From: Spirogloea muscicola
Taxonomy: Eukaryota
Direction: 5' to 3'
Assembly: GCA_009602725.1 (NCBI GenBank)
Contig: WELB01000002.1
Coordinates: 483,780 to 547,779, forward strand
DNA length: 64,000 nucleotides
The notes beneath the pieces were generated by a model. It was not told the DNA's origin. It ran no database searches and was given only the letters and a program-made list of their open reading frames with translations. Positions 21,000 to 32,330 of this stretch are shown here, piece after piece. The stretch's first letter is position 1, and every line of letters starts with the position of its first letter. Position numbers and translations under genes: made by a program.

Positions 21000-23261
21000 T
21001 CCGAGGTCCGGGCAGCTTTTGTTGCATGAGATTTTCAAAAAGCATAGCAGAGAAATATTGTTAAATTTGGGCAGAGGGCAGCTTCGAGCCTACTGGTTGT
21101 TGTCGACAGACAGAACACTGAGACTGGTGCAGTTTCCCAGCTCAGACGGTAAGATACCAGTGAGGCTGCAATGCAAGGAAGAGCAAAGCTCACATACAAA
21201 GTCGCCAGCATCTGCGCTTTCCCTAAGCACAAATTGTCAGCTCCTTTCAAGGTCCGGGCAGCTACTGTTGCATGAGATAAGCAAACAGTATAGCAGAGAT
21301 AAATGGCTGACACTTGGCAGAGGGCAGCTTCGAGCCTACTTGTTGTTGTTGACAGAAAGAACACTGAGGCTGGTGCAGTTCCCCAGCTCAGACGGTAAAA
21401 TACCAGTGAGGCTGCAATGCAAGGAAGAGCAAAGCTCACAAACAAAGTCGCCAGCATCTGGGCCTTTTTTTAGAACACAATCTGCAGTCAGCTCATTTCA
21501 AGGTCCGGGCAGCTCCTGTTGCATGAGATATCCAAACAGTACAGCAGAAATATATGGCTGACACTTGGCAGAGGGCAGCTTCGAGCCTACTGGTTATTGT
21601 CGACAGAAAGAACTCTGAGCCTGGGGCAGTTTCCCAGCTCAGATGGTAGAATACCAGTGAGGCTGCAAGGCAAGGAAGAGCAAAGCTCACATACAAAGTC
21701 GCCAGCATCTGGACCTATTGTTAAACACAATCTGCAGTCAGCTCCTTTCAAGGTCCGGGCAGCTACTGTTGCATGAGATATCCAAACAGTACAGCAGGAT
21801 TATATAGCTGACACTTGGCAGAGGGCAGCTTCGAGCCTACTGGTTGTTGTTGACAGAAAGAACGCTGAGAGAGGTGCAGTTGCCCAGCTCAGACGGTATG
21901 TTACCCGAGAGGCTGCAATGCAAGGAAGAGTAAAGCTCACATACAAAGTCGCCAGCATTTGGGCTTTTACTAAATACAAATTGCAGTCAGCTCCTTTCAG
22001 GTCTGGGCAGCTACTCTTCATCTACTGCTCTAAGTACTCTCCTACATGTTGGTCAATCTGACAATCAGATGCAACCTTACAAAGAATACATGATCACTTG
22101 TCATTGCCTGTCCTGCCACACACTGACATGTCATGACAATAGCTGAACATAATAGAAGCAAAACTCTCACGGCTCAACATAGCTGCACATCTCCTAATGA
22201 ACTTTTGAGGAAACCTGTTCCTGACTAAAGCTCGATTTCAACTAGATCTCCAGAACGCTGGCAAATTCCCATTAGTGCATGCCAGTGCATGCAGGAGGAT
22301 GTACAGTAGTAGTTGCTGACTCTAATCACCAGATGAAATCCTGCTCATCTGAGCATAAAGAATCCTCTGCAATAAGCTGTGCATCTGCAACCCTCAGATA
22401 TGGTCAACCTTTGGCATGCTGACCTGTTGTCGTTGAGGTAGAGTTCGCCAAGCAGCGGGAGGCTACCCAGTGCAGGAGGGATGGGGCCCGAGATACAGTT
22501 GTTTGACAGGTATATGTTGTACAGGCTGTCAACATTGGCAAGCTCCGGTGCCAGCGTGCCGTTCATTTGCCCGTCGTTCAGAAAAAGCCCAATCACTAGC
22601 CTGCACGTGTGTACCAGCGGCCAGCAGCGGAGAGAGCTGAACTTGATCGGTCTTGGACTCACACTGCACCTCGCAAGGAGCTCGCAAATACGCTGCTTGC
22701 TCAGTAGCCCTCCACTGAGCTGCCGCTAGTCCTGTTGCTGCAGAGGAGGCGGGCCCTGCAGGGTCACGACCTCGACTCTGGCGGCCGCTGGAGTTAACAA
22801 TGCTTGTGCACTGCCTGATTTCGTTATCGTTGTCGCACAAAACACCGTGCCAGTCGCACGGCCAGTTATGACTGGTGAGGCGCCAGTCGGTGAGATAGCC
22901 ATAGGGGTCGTGGGTGATGCGAGCCTTGAAGGCCAGCAGCGCAGCCTGGTAAGAGCTGCGCGGGTGAGGATGACGGGCACTCAGCCGGGGAGGGGGGCAC
23001 ACGGAGGCCCACGCAGCTGTGGCGCTGGAGTGCAGCCGCAGCAGGGAGCCCGACGGCGAGTGTGGCGGACGAGGAGAGGGCTCGCAGGCGCAATGTGCTT
23101 CGTTTGGGAGAGCCACTTGATGCTCTAGGCGCAATGTGCTTCCTGGCGCAGGAGTAGCCGCGGCGCGGAAGGGCTGCTCACTTGAGGTCCCCGGCGGTGG
23201 CGGAGCCGAGGCGGGTGAGCAGCGCGACGGCGGCGAGCGCTGCGGCTGCCATGCTCGCCAT
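21000..23261 (-). pseudogene. LRR-RLK copy B, 3'-truncated (signal peptide, N-cap, 2-LRR exon, four tandem 72-nt LRR exons; no TM or kinase)
   Basis: MASMAAAALAAVALLTRL; AALLAFKARITHDPYG; GTLAPELANVDSL; four ~247-bp units with acceptors near 21913, 21663, 21412, 21165; homology ends at a TE mosaic near 21000. Confidence 0.8.
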
Positions 23262-23579
23262 GGCGGGCCCGCGGGAGCCCCTCCCGGGCGGCGGCGGCGG
23301 CGGGCCAGGGCGGGCGTAAGTCAAGACGGGGCTTTCGGAGAAGTGGCTTCTCCAAAGGGGGGCAAGGGCTGTGAATGAGAGCACCCAGCGGCCACTTGAG
23401 TCATGTGCTTTTAACGCTTTCGTGCCATCCGGCCCTTTCGGGCCTTGCACATTCCTTTGGGCTGGCCTCTCACAGCCGCTGCCGTATGTGGAAGGGCTGT
23501 TTTTTCTATGCGGCCCCTTTCGGACCTTGTCAAACCTTTTTCCGCTGGCTGTTCACAGCCCTTGCCCCCCTTGCACACC

Positions 23580-23854
23580 GCTGACCTGCGCGTCCAAGCG
23601 CGCTTCGCGGCCGTTGTCGACAAGGCCGCCTACACCACCGCCGTGCTGCAGCTCCCTGAGGCCGACCTGCGCGGGCGCGCGAGACTACATTCGGCCTCCT
23701 CCCCGGGGGCAGCGGCGTGGCTCCAGGCACTCCCCATCACTGACGCCCTGACCCTCCCAGATGAGGTGTTTCGCACTGCCGTCCACCGGCTCCTGGGGCT
23801 GCCGCCTCCATGCCTCCAGGGCGTGCGTCAATGCCAGTGTGGCGAGCGAAAAAA
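23580..23854 (+). mobile_element. RLE-LINE fragment (region before the zinc knuckle), running into the gap
   Basis: ARLHSASSPGAAAWLQALP...FRTAVHRLLGLPPPCLQGVRQCQCG. Confidence 0.75.
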
Positions 23855-24658
23855 NNNNNNNNNNNNNNNNNNNNNNNNNNNNNNNNNNNNNNNNNNNNNN
23901 NNNNNNNNNNNNNNNNNNNNNNNNNNNNNNNNNNNNNNNNNNNNNNNNNNNNNNNNNNNNNNNNNNNNNNNNNNNNNNNNNNNNNNNNNNNNNNNNNNNN
24001 NNNNNNNNNNNNNNNNNNNNNNNNNNNNNNNNNNNNNNNNNNNNNNNNNNNNNNNNNNNNNNNNNNNNNNNNNNNNNNNNNNNNNNNNNNNNNNNNNNNN
24101 NNNNNNNNNNNNNNNNNNNNNNNNNNNNNNNNNNNNNNNNNNNNNNNNNNNNNNNNNNNNNNNNNNNNNNNNNNNNNNNNNNNNNNNNNNNNNNNNNNNN
24201 NNNNNNNNNNNNNNNNNNNNNNNNNNNNNNNNNNNNNNNNNNNNNNNNNNNNNNNNNNNNNNNNNNNNNNNNNNNNNNNNNNNNNNNNNNNNNNNNNNNN
24301 NNNNNNNNNNNNNNNNNNNNNNNNNNNNNNNNNNNNNNNNNNNNNNNNNNNNNNNNNNNNNNNNNNNNNNNNNNNNNNNNNNNNNNNNNNNNNNNNNNNN
24401 NNNNNNNNNNNNNNNNNNNNNNNNNNNNNNNNNNNNNNNNNNNNNNNNNNNNNNNNNNNNNNNNNNNNNNNNNNNNNNNNNNNNNNNNNNNNNNNNNNNN
24501 NNNNNNNNNNNNNNNNNNNNNNNNNNNNNNNNNNNNNNNNNNNNNNNNNNNNNNNNNNNNNNNNNNNNNNNNNNNNNNNNNNNNNNNNNNNNNNNNNNNN
24601 NNNNNNNNNNNNNNNNNNNNNNNNNNNNNNNNNNNNNNNNNNNNNNNNNNNNNNNNNN
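23855..24658. other. Assembly gap (N run)
   Basis: Run of N characters. Confidence 1.
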
Positions 24659-25820
24659 GAGCGCCCACGCTCTGCATCTGCGAGCTGGCCGTGCTCTCGC
24701 TGCGGGCTCTGGCTTTCGTCAGGGTGATAGCTTCCCGGCAGCTAGTCTGTCGGATCTCGTACTCTGTTCATTCTTTTTCGGGCTGGTTGTTCCAGCCCCT
24801 ATTCTCAATGGGCGAGCACTTTCTTCTTTGTAGCTGCTCACCGCTCTTAGGCCCCTCTGACCCTTTGTGAATTCTTTTTGAGCTGGCTTTTCGCTTAGCG
24901 CTTCCCCTGGCTCCCTTCTCGTACTTTGTCCATTCCTTTTATATCGGATGCGCCTCTCTGTATCCCTGCAGCGGTCCATGGCCCACGCTCTGCTTCTGCG
25001 AGCTGGCCGTGCTCTCGCTGCGGGCTCTGGCTTTCGTCAGGGTGATAGCTTCCCGGCAGCTAGTCTGTCGGATCTGAGGCTCCTCACTCGTACTTATTGA
25101 GTGATCCATCCTCCCCCTGTTTTACCATTGCATCCTCAGGCCCCTTTGTAGCTGCTTTAGGGCTGGCTGTTCCAGCCCCTATCCTCAATGGGCGAGCTCT
25201 TTCTTTTTCGCAGCCCTTGCCCCTCTCTCTTCTTTACCCCCATTGGGAGTGCCACTTCTTCTTCCTTACTCCGGGAAGCGCTTTTACTCTGGGAAGCGCT
25301 TTTCCTCTCCTCTACCCTTAGGCCCCCTTCGAACCTTTGTCAATTCTTTTTTCGGGCTGGCTTTTTGCAGCCCTTGCCCCCATGGGGAGAGCCACTTGCC
25401 TTCTTCGTTACTTCGGGAAGCGCTTTTCCTCTCCTCTTAGGCACCTTATTTTAGGTCTCCGTATGATGTAGCCTTGTTTAAGTTGCACTAGACTCTGCCC
25501 TGAACAATGTATTGGCTTGAATTGGCCTCCCTTTCCTCACTCGTACCTACTGAGTGCTCCATCCTCCCCCTGTTCTGACATAGCATCTTCAGGCCCCTTT
25601 GTAGCTGCTCATTGCCCGTCGGCCCCTCCGACCCTTTGTCAACTCTTTTTGGGCTGGCTTTTCGCAGCCCTTGCCCCCATTAGGAGCGCCACTTCTCTCC
25701 CTTTCATATCATGCGCCCCGCGCGCCTTCTCTTTGGCTTTGGCTTTGAACATTGTCCATTCTTTTTGGGTTGGCTTTGCCAGCCCCTCTTCTCAATGGGC
25801 GAGCACCTTCTTCTCTTTAC
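24659..25820 (+). mobile_element. Tandem/nested RLE-LINE 3' ends
   Basis: Two copies of AHAL(H/L)LRAGRALAAGSGFRQGDSFPAASLSDL and at least six GGGCTGG..CAGCCC-type 3' modules. Confidence 0.75.
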
Positions 25821-25953
25821 CCACTCCTTGACTTTCTGAGACTTCCGAGGCTCCTCCTCTTTGAGGCTGATACCCCGCGCGCACACCTCCGCAGCCGCCG
25901 CCGCCGAGACGCTGGCTCGGGCACCGGCCACGAAGTCGCGCTGGTCTGAGCAC

Positions 25954-26051
25954 ATGGCAGCCGCTCTGGCCGGCGCAGCCGCGGCGCTCGTCGCTGTCGC
26001 GCTGCTGGGGTGCTTCGCCTCCGCCGCCGGGGACCTTTCTTCTTCTTCAGT
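25954..26051 (+). pseudogene. Orphan LRR-RLK signal-peptide exon with a (TTC)n insertion before the donor
   Basis: MAAALAGAAAALVAVALLGCFASAAGDL-(ttc)n-GTGAGC. Confidence 0.55.
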
Positions 26052-27557
26052 GAGCAGCCCCTCCTCCTCTCCTGTCTTTTCCTCTTCTATCTTTCCTTTT
26101 TCCAGGAGGTCTGGTGTGCACTGGTTCGGTGAGTTTCCCGGACCACCACAGCCTTGCCAACCGTGATGCCCGTCAACTCCCAACGGGGTCCCTCAAAGAA
26201 GGCGTGGCTCGACACGCCCTCGGACGAGGCGTGTCGATCTGGTTGGCGTCCCCCTGGGAGGTGGCAAGCGGCTTCTCATGGACGTCGTCCTCACCGACAG
26301 CTTCCGGAAGAAGGGCCCCACCTCCGACCCTGTGCCACCTCTCGCAGCAAGCGCCACTTTCAGCAACCAACCTTACTCCTCTTCGACACAAGTCTCTTTG
26401 CCACACATTGAGTCATAAAGCAACAATGATCATCAAGCCACTTCTTGCCACAATATGAGCTTTCAGACGAGATGCTTTGAGAGTCTCATTCCTGCCCATG
26501 AGACGCAGGAATACGTTTATGGGCAAAGAATGCACCGTGATGACATGCTTTTCACGCAAGCTCTTAGCCTACTTAGTGGTGGCATTATTAGGACCGAGTT
26601 GCTGAGACAGCTCTGAGCTCGGGCCAAGTAAGACAGCTCTTATAGCTATCTTACTTGGCCCGAGATTCGCCATCTGTATGCTACTTGCCGTCTCCCATAT
26701 TAAACAGCATTCCTTGATCATACAAGAAGCGAGCACGCTGTGCCTTTTATCATGATACTGAAAGTGCAAGGATAGTGTGGGTAGTCTCCAACCTTCATGG
26801 TGGTCGACAGTCTCCTGTGGATGCACCTTGCCACTTTTGAAGTGCCACATCCACCCATTTATTCTCGATAAGATGTAAAACAGAAGAGTATCATCATTCT
26901 GAGAAATGCAGCCCAGAACATGATTGGGCTTTTGAATAAGTAAATGAAACAATTCAACACCCCCCTGCTGCTTTCACATGAAAGCCAGTATACAGATTAG
27001 CCAGGGAGCTTAGGTTCTGTTTGTTTGGCTGGTTCTATATAGCATTGGTATGATAGAGTCGGCTTGCAAAGGCTGCAAGTCAGCTGGTCCAATGCAGCTT
27101 CCAAGTAGTTGTGCGCAGTGTCAAGGCTTGGGCTCGGCTATATCGGGCAACATGGATGATGCCTCAGATTTAAAAGACACGCTCAAGCTCTCCTAAGACT
27201 TTGATGCTAATGGCAGCTTGACATGAGGGCCTACCTACATCTGGCATCCTGCAGTTGGCGGCGGTAGCTACAAGCATGACGTCTACGGTCATTCAAAGTG
27301 CTCTGCAGGTGACTGCCTATGGTCAGTACTTGTAGGGCATGCACAACCCCCTAGAGAGGGCTTATTAGTGGCGCCAACCTGACACCAAGCAACAGCTTGA
27401 TGTCACACAAAAGCGAAGAGCCTTCTCGAAGCAAAATGAGAGGTCAATACTTGCATCGGTATTTACGAGGAACGAGACTCCAACCGCTACTACTACCTAG
27501 TACTACCTGGTAACCATGCTAAGAGGTGCTATTAGAGCATTCTTGAGATACAGCAAA

Positions 27558-28000
27558 AGATGCGTTATTATATTCCCCGGGGCGACCACTTCTTCCCATG
27601 CGCCATGGACATATACGGCGGCTACGGAACGAAGTGGTCTGCCCTCCTCCATCGCCTGGCACTGCATGTCGATGCCCGCCGACGTAGTCGGGCGGGTAGC
27701 TTAGGGCATTCTAGCGTCCCGCAAGCCATTGTTGCATGCTATAGAATGCCGCTATCATTGAGTCTACAGCGCTGACAGGCACTCGCGATACACCAGCGTG
27801 CTGGTCGTGCATTAGCCCAGGCTAATGGCTCCAACGGTCGTGCTTTAGCGCCGCGGTATAGCTTGTCAGATATGCATGTGCTCAATCGGGGATATTCGTG
27901 TCCCCCTTAGCCAGCTCATTACCCAGTTAACAGGACATTTGTAAGGCTAGAATTGGCCTCCCATTCAATTTCATGCGCACTGCGCGCCTTCTCTCTCTTA
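27558..28000 (+). mobile_element. RLE-LINE 3' end (duplicate of 4920-5357)
   Basis: Near-identical sequence inside the duplicated block. Confidence 0.75.
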
Positions 28001-28213
28001 TTATATAGGGTCGGATCTTCTAGCACACGACAACGTACTAGGCGTGCAGAGACAAGCGGCTGGAAACGATGACCTCAAGTCGCAGGCAGAACCTTAAGCC
28101 CTGAGCCCCTTCGCACCTCAAGTCCCAGGCACTTCAATCCTTAGCCCTGCACCCTAAGGCCTAGAAGCGAGAGTGCGGCGGCATGGAGAGAAAGATAAGA
28201 CGGCTCGAGAAGA

Positions 28214-28930
28214 AAATGCGTGTATATATTAAGAGATGGGGAGGCCATGTGTGGCCAAGTACAAAGGCAAGCACATTGGACATATGTACGTCACCTGCTG
28301 CTAAGCTGACCCGCTCAGTAACCACGAGTCAGCACATAGAGGTCGCTAGCTGACGCTCGAATACCGGACGGCAATTGACTAGCTCTTGTGCCAGCAGCTA
28401 AGGCTCGACCAGCTTTCTGATGCAGAGCATACGCCTGAGCTCGTTGCAGACAGGTTGACACTAGACGTCGCAGAAATGACAGATAGGCTGCCGGCATACC
28501 CATCTGGGCTGGGAGCATATCCTCGCGTCGTGCATATCCCAGACTCGCTATGTTCTCGAGTAGGGTATGGAAGCGAGGACCCAAGCAGCCGAAAGTGTCG
28601 ATTGCGGCCGGGAGGAGGTGGTCACTGCGGGGGTAGTCTGAGTAGTGTCGGAGCTTTTTCTGCTCAGCACCTCCCACTGCGTGGCCAGCAATGTGTGTGG
28701 AAGCGGAACTCTTGTATGCCTCAGTCACCACCACATCAACCAAAGCTCGTGGGCCTCCGCCAGGTTGTACACCCACAATGTCCAGGGTGCGACGGTGATG
28801 GCCTCCCTGGGAATCCGTGGTGATGGGCATTACATTGCTCACTTCAACGATGGCGCGGTAGCCGGCGTCGCGCATCAAGCCCGCCAGGGCGTCCCGTAGG
28901 AGATTGTGGACGCCCACCACCTCAGGGCAG
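28214..28930 (-). mobile_element. 5'-truncated RLE-LINE with 7-bp TSD
   Basis: ORF 28315-28920: HNLLRD...RRTLDIV...DVVV...KKLRHY...AIDTFG...LQRAQA...LTRGY*. TSD GAGAAGA at 28207-28213 and 28931-28937; the empty site is seen at ~5567. Confidence 0.85.
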
Positions 28931-29234
28931 GAGAAGAGGGCGGTGGCTGTGAGAGGCCAGCCCAGGGAAAAGAACTAACGAAGTTTGAAGGAGCCAGAGA
29001 AAGCTCTGAAGCACACAGTGAATCACGTGGCCACGAAGCAATCAGTAACCTCAGAAGAAGTGCTCGCCCATATAGGATAGGGGCTGGGAAGACAGAGCAA
29101 GACTCTTTCAGTAAAGGGCGATGGCTGGGATTGGCCAACCCAGAAAATGAAGAAAACAGTTCAATTGGCCAGAAAAGCTTTCATTGCACACAGCGACGCA
29201 AGTGGCCACTGGGTGCACAATACCACTATTTCTA

Positions 29235-29648
29235 TCGAGCAGCCTCAGGTCAGAGAAACTAATCTCCGGGTAGCATCTCCCTTGGCCACGGCCAGAGGCT
29301 GCAGCCAAAGGGCGACCGGCACGCAGATGCACCGCGTGTGCCGTGGACCGCTGCAGCGCTACTGACAGGCGCATGCGATACACCTGGGCGAGAGAGCCTG
29401 CCACGTTGCAGGGAGCCACCCACCAGGACCAGAGCCTTGGCTTCAACGCCGCCGGGTCGCTCGCCCAAGTCTTTCGCATGCGCCTGGCGATGTCGTTCCA
29501 ACGTTCCCTTGCCCACGCAGTCCACACGCGCGCAGGACGCGCTCTGGCCGCCGCCTCCGGGTCTCGGCGGAGTGCCTCTTTCACTTGGCTCGTCGCCCAG
29601 CAAGCCGCGAGCCTCAGCCGACTGTATGTGCTCAATCGTGGGTACTAG
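29235..29648. mobile_element. Two back-to-back RLE-LINE C-terminal fragments
   Basis: Minus strand GSLAQVYRMRLSVALQRS...; plus strand GFNAAGSLAQVFRMRLAMSFQRS...YVLNRGY*. Confidence 0.7.
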
Positions 29649-29892
29649 CTGTTGAATGTAGGAATCTGGCGAATCAGCGGGCCGGGTCGGGTGACCATCT
29701 GACCCGTTCTATTGAGCCGTGAGAGCCTCCCTGGATAAGAGAGGCCTCGGCACGTCGCGCTGATTGCCGGGCGATGCCGCTGCTCTGTGCGCCCAAGCCG
29801 TGGCTGCCACCCACTAAGGGTGCGGCTCTGTGTGCGGCCGGGCGGAGCTGTGTGCTCGCCGGCTTTGTGTGCGATGTTATTGCGCTACTTTC

Positions 29893-31197
29893 TGCTCCCT
29901 GCAGGCATCCCTTCACACGAATGGGCGGCCTGGGCTGCAGGTCACTTGAACAGACGGCGCAGGCAGCCTTTCTCGGTTGCTGGCACCAGGTTGCCTCCCT
30001 CCTCCCCTTGCGCTTCCCTTGTCTGGCGGGCCCTGCAGCCGAGGTGGAAGAAGGCTCCTTGGCATTCCAAGTGCAACTGAGGAGCACCCGCGAGTCAGCA
30101 CTCTGCTCCTTCCCCTCATTGCAACCCCTCTTCACTCCCTTCTCAGCGCTTGCTCAAGCATCAGACAAAGGGGCACATGCCAGACTCCTTGCTGCATTTG
30201 AAGACGAGCGCCGCAAGTCGTTGAAGACGATGCCGGATATCATGACCAATCCAAGGAGTCTGGCACGCCTCACATCGCTCGCAACGACTGGTGCAACTGA
30301 TTGGCTCACCACACACGCAATCCACAATGCTTTTAGAATCAGCCCCGAGGCACTCCGGACGCTTCTTCAGCTGTTGTCCTGGGCCTGCCCCCGACCTGAC
30401 TGATTGGAGTAACTCAGTGTGAGTGCGGCTTCCGTGCGGAGGGCGGAGACCTTGCCACCCACATGATGCGGTGTCCCACAGGCTCTGAGGTGGTGGGCGT
30501 CCTTAACCTCCTACAGGACGCCCTGGCGGGCCTGATGCGCAACGCCGGCTACCGCGCCATTGTGGAAGTAAGCAATGTAATGCCCATCACCACGGATTCC
30601 CAGGGACGCCATCACCGTCGCACCCTGGACATTGTGGGTGTACAACCTGGCGGTGGCCCACGCGCCTTGGCTGATGTGGTGGTAACGGAGGCACACAAGA
30701 GTTCTGCTTCGACGCACACTGCTGGCCACGCAGTGGGAGGTGCTGAGCAGAGAGAGCTTCGACACTACTCTGACCACCCCCGCAGCGATCACCTCCTACC
30801 GGCGGCAATCGACACTTTCGGCTGCATGGGCCCTCGCTTCCACACCTTACTGCAGAATATTGCAAGCCTGGGATACGCTCGACGTGAGGATATGCTTCCA
30901 GCTCAGATGAGCATGTCGGTAGCCTACTTGTCATTCTTGCGTCGTCGAGTGTCAGCTTGTCTGCAGCGAGCTCAGGCTCATGCGTTGCATCAGAAAGCTG
31001 GTCGAGCCTTAGCTGGTAGCTCAAGAGCTTGTCGATTGCCGTCCGGTATTCGGGCATCAGTTAGCGACCTCTATGTGCTGACTCGTGGTTACTGAGCGGG
31101 TTAGCTTAGCAGCAGGTGACGTACATTTGTCAATGTGCTTGCCTTCGTACTTGGCTACAAATGGCCCTCCATCTCTTAATACACACGCATTCCTCTT
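29893..31197 (+). mobile_element. 5'-truncated RLE (CRE-like) LINE: RT thumb, zinc knuckle, restriction-like endonuclease
   Basis: RMGGLGCRSLEQTAQAAFLGCW; GATDWL; QCECG..H..RC; RRTLDIV..ADVVV; ends LTRGY* at 31095; absent from the paralogous site at ~6415. Confidence 0.85.
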
Positions 31198-32330
31198 TAA
31201 TGTCCAGACTTGGTTTGTTGATTCTGCCTGCCACGTAAGCTCTGACACGTCACTCTTCTGTCTCGATCTGACCTATCGACGTAGTATGGCGATTGACGTC
31301 CTGTGGCGTGACAGCCAGCACGGAAAGAAGTGACCAGGTCCGAAAGGGATGAAAATCTGCCGAAGCACATAGTTAAGTCAGCCTGTGAAAAGCCAGCCCA
31401 AAGAGAGTTGACAAGGTCGGAAGGGGCCGAGAAGCGCTGGAACACATATTTAAGCAACTACTATGCAGAAATCACTCATAAATCACCCATCAAATTTCAA
31501 CTCAGCAGCCGCAAGTCAGAAAGACTAGCAGCCGGAAGCAGTCCCTTGACGAAAGCCAAAGGCTGCAGCTAGTTTAAGAACCGTTTTTTTCACTCTCACC
31601 ACTGTGACGACCATGCTTTTAAGGTGGTACATTACAGCTGTTTCTGCCACCGCTGCAGAACGCTCTGAGCTCAATCTCCTTCCACTGACCACAATGCTAC
31701 TGGGACGCTGATGGGACGCTGCCCACCTTAAAAATGCTACTGGGACGCTGATGGGACGCTGCCCACCTTAAAAGGCTGGCCATCTCCCAACTCCCTTGGC
31801 ACAAGAGCTTGTCAAATGCCGTCCCGTATTTGGGCATCAGTCAGCGACCTCTATGTGCTGACTCGTGGTTACTGAACGCGTCAGCTCAGCAGCACGTGCT
31901 GTTCATGTGTCAATGTGCTTGCCTTTGTACTTGGCCGCTCAGGCCGTCTAAAACTCAATACACACTCCATTCATTTCTTTATTCACACCCTCAGTCTCTC
32001 TCCTGCTCCCTCTCGCCGTTCCCTTCATTATCTGTCACCTTTCTCCCCGATCAAGCTCGCCAATCACTCTCACTCTCCTCTGCCTCTTCCTCTCCTGGCA
32101 CTATCACCCTTTCATTCGAGTTCTCCGTGTCTCACACTTCTTGATATGTTGTGCAACAAAACCACGGTCAGCAGGCAAATGGAGTGACGGGGGAGTGCAC
32201 AAACACAGACCTGTCATAACAATTAGAAATAATCTTTGCAGCATCAAACCTCGACCTCCAGGAATCTCATGTAGGGCTTTGGCATAGTGCCAGCCAAGAG
32301 AGGGATGTGCACGAAGTGGATAAAACTGAA

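Noticed and set aside
23445..24870. Long ORFs of 305-462 aa in the ORF track
   Set aside because: Artefacts of translating through the N gap.
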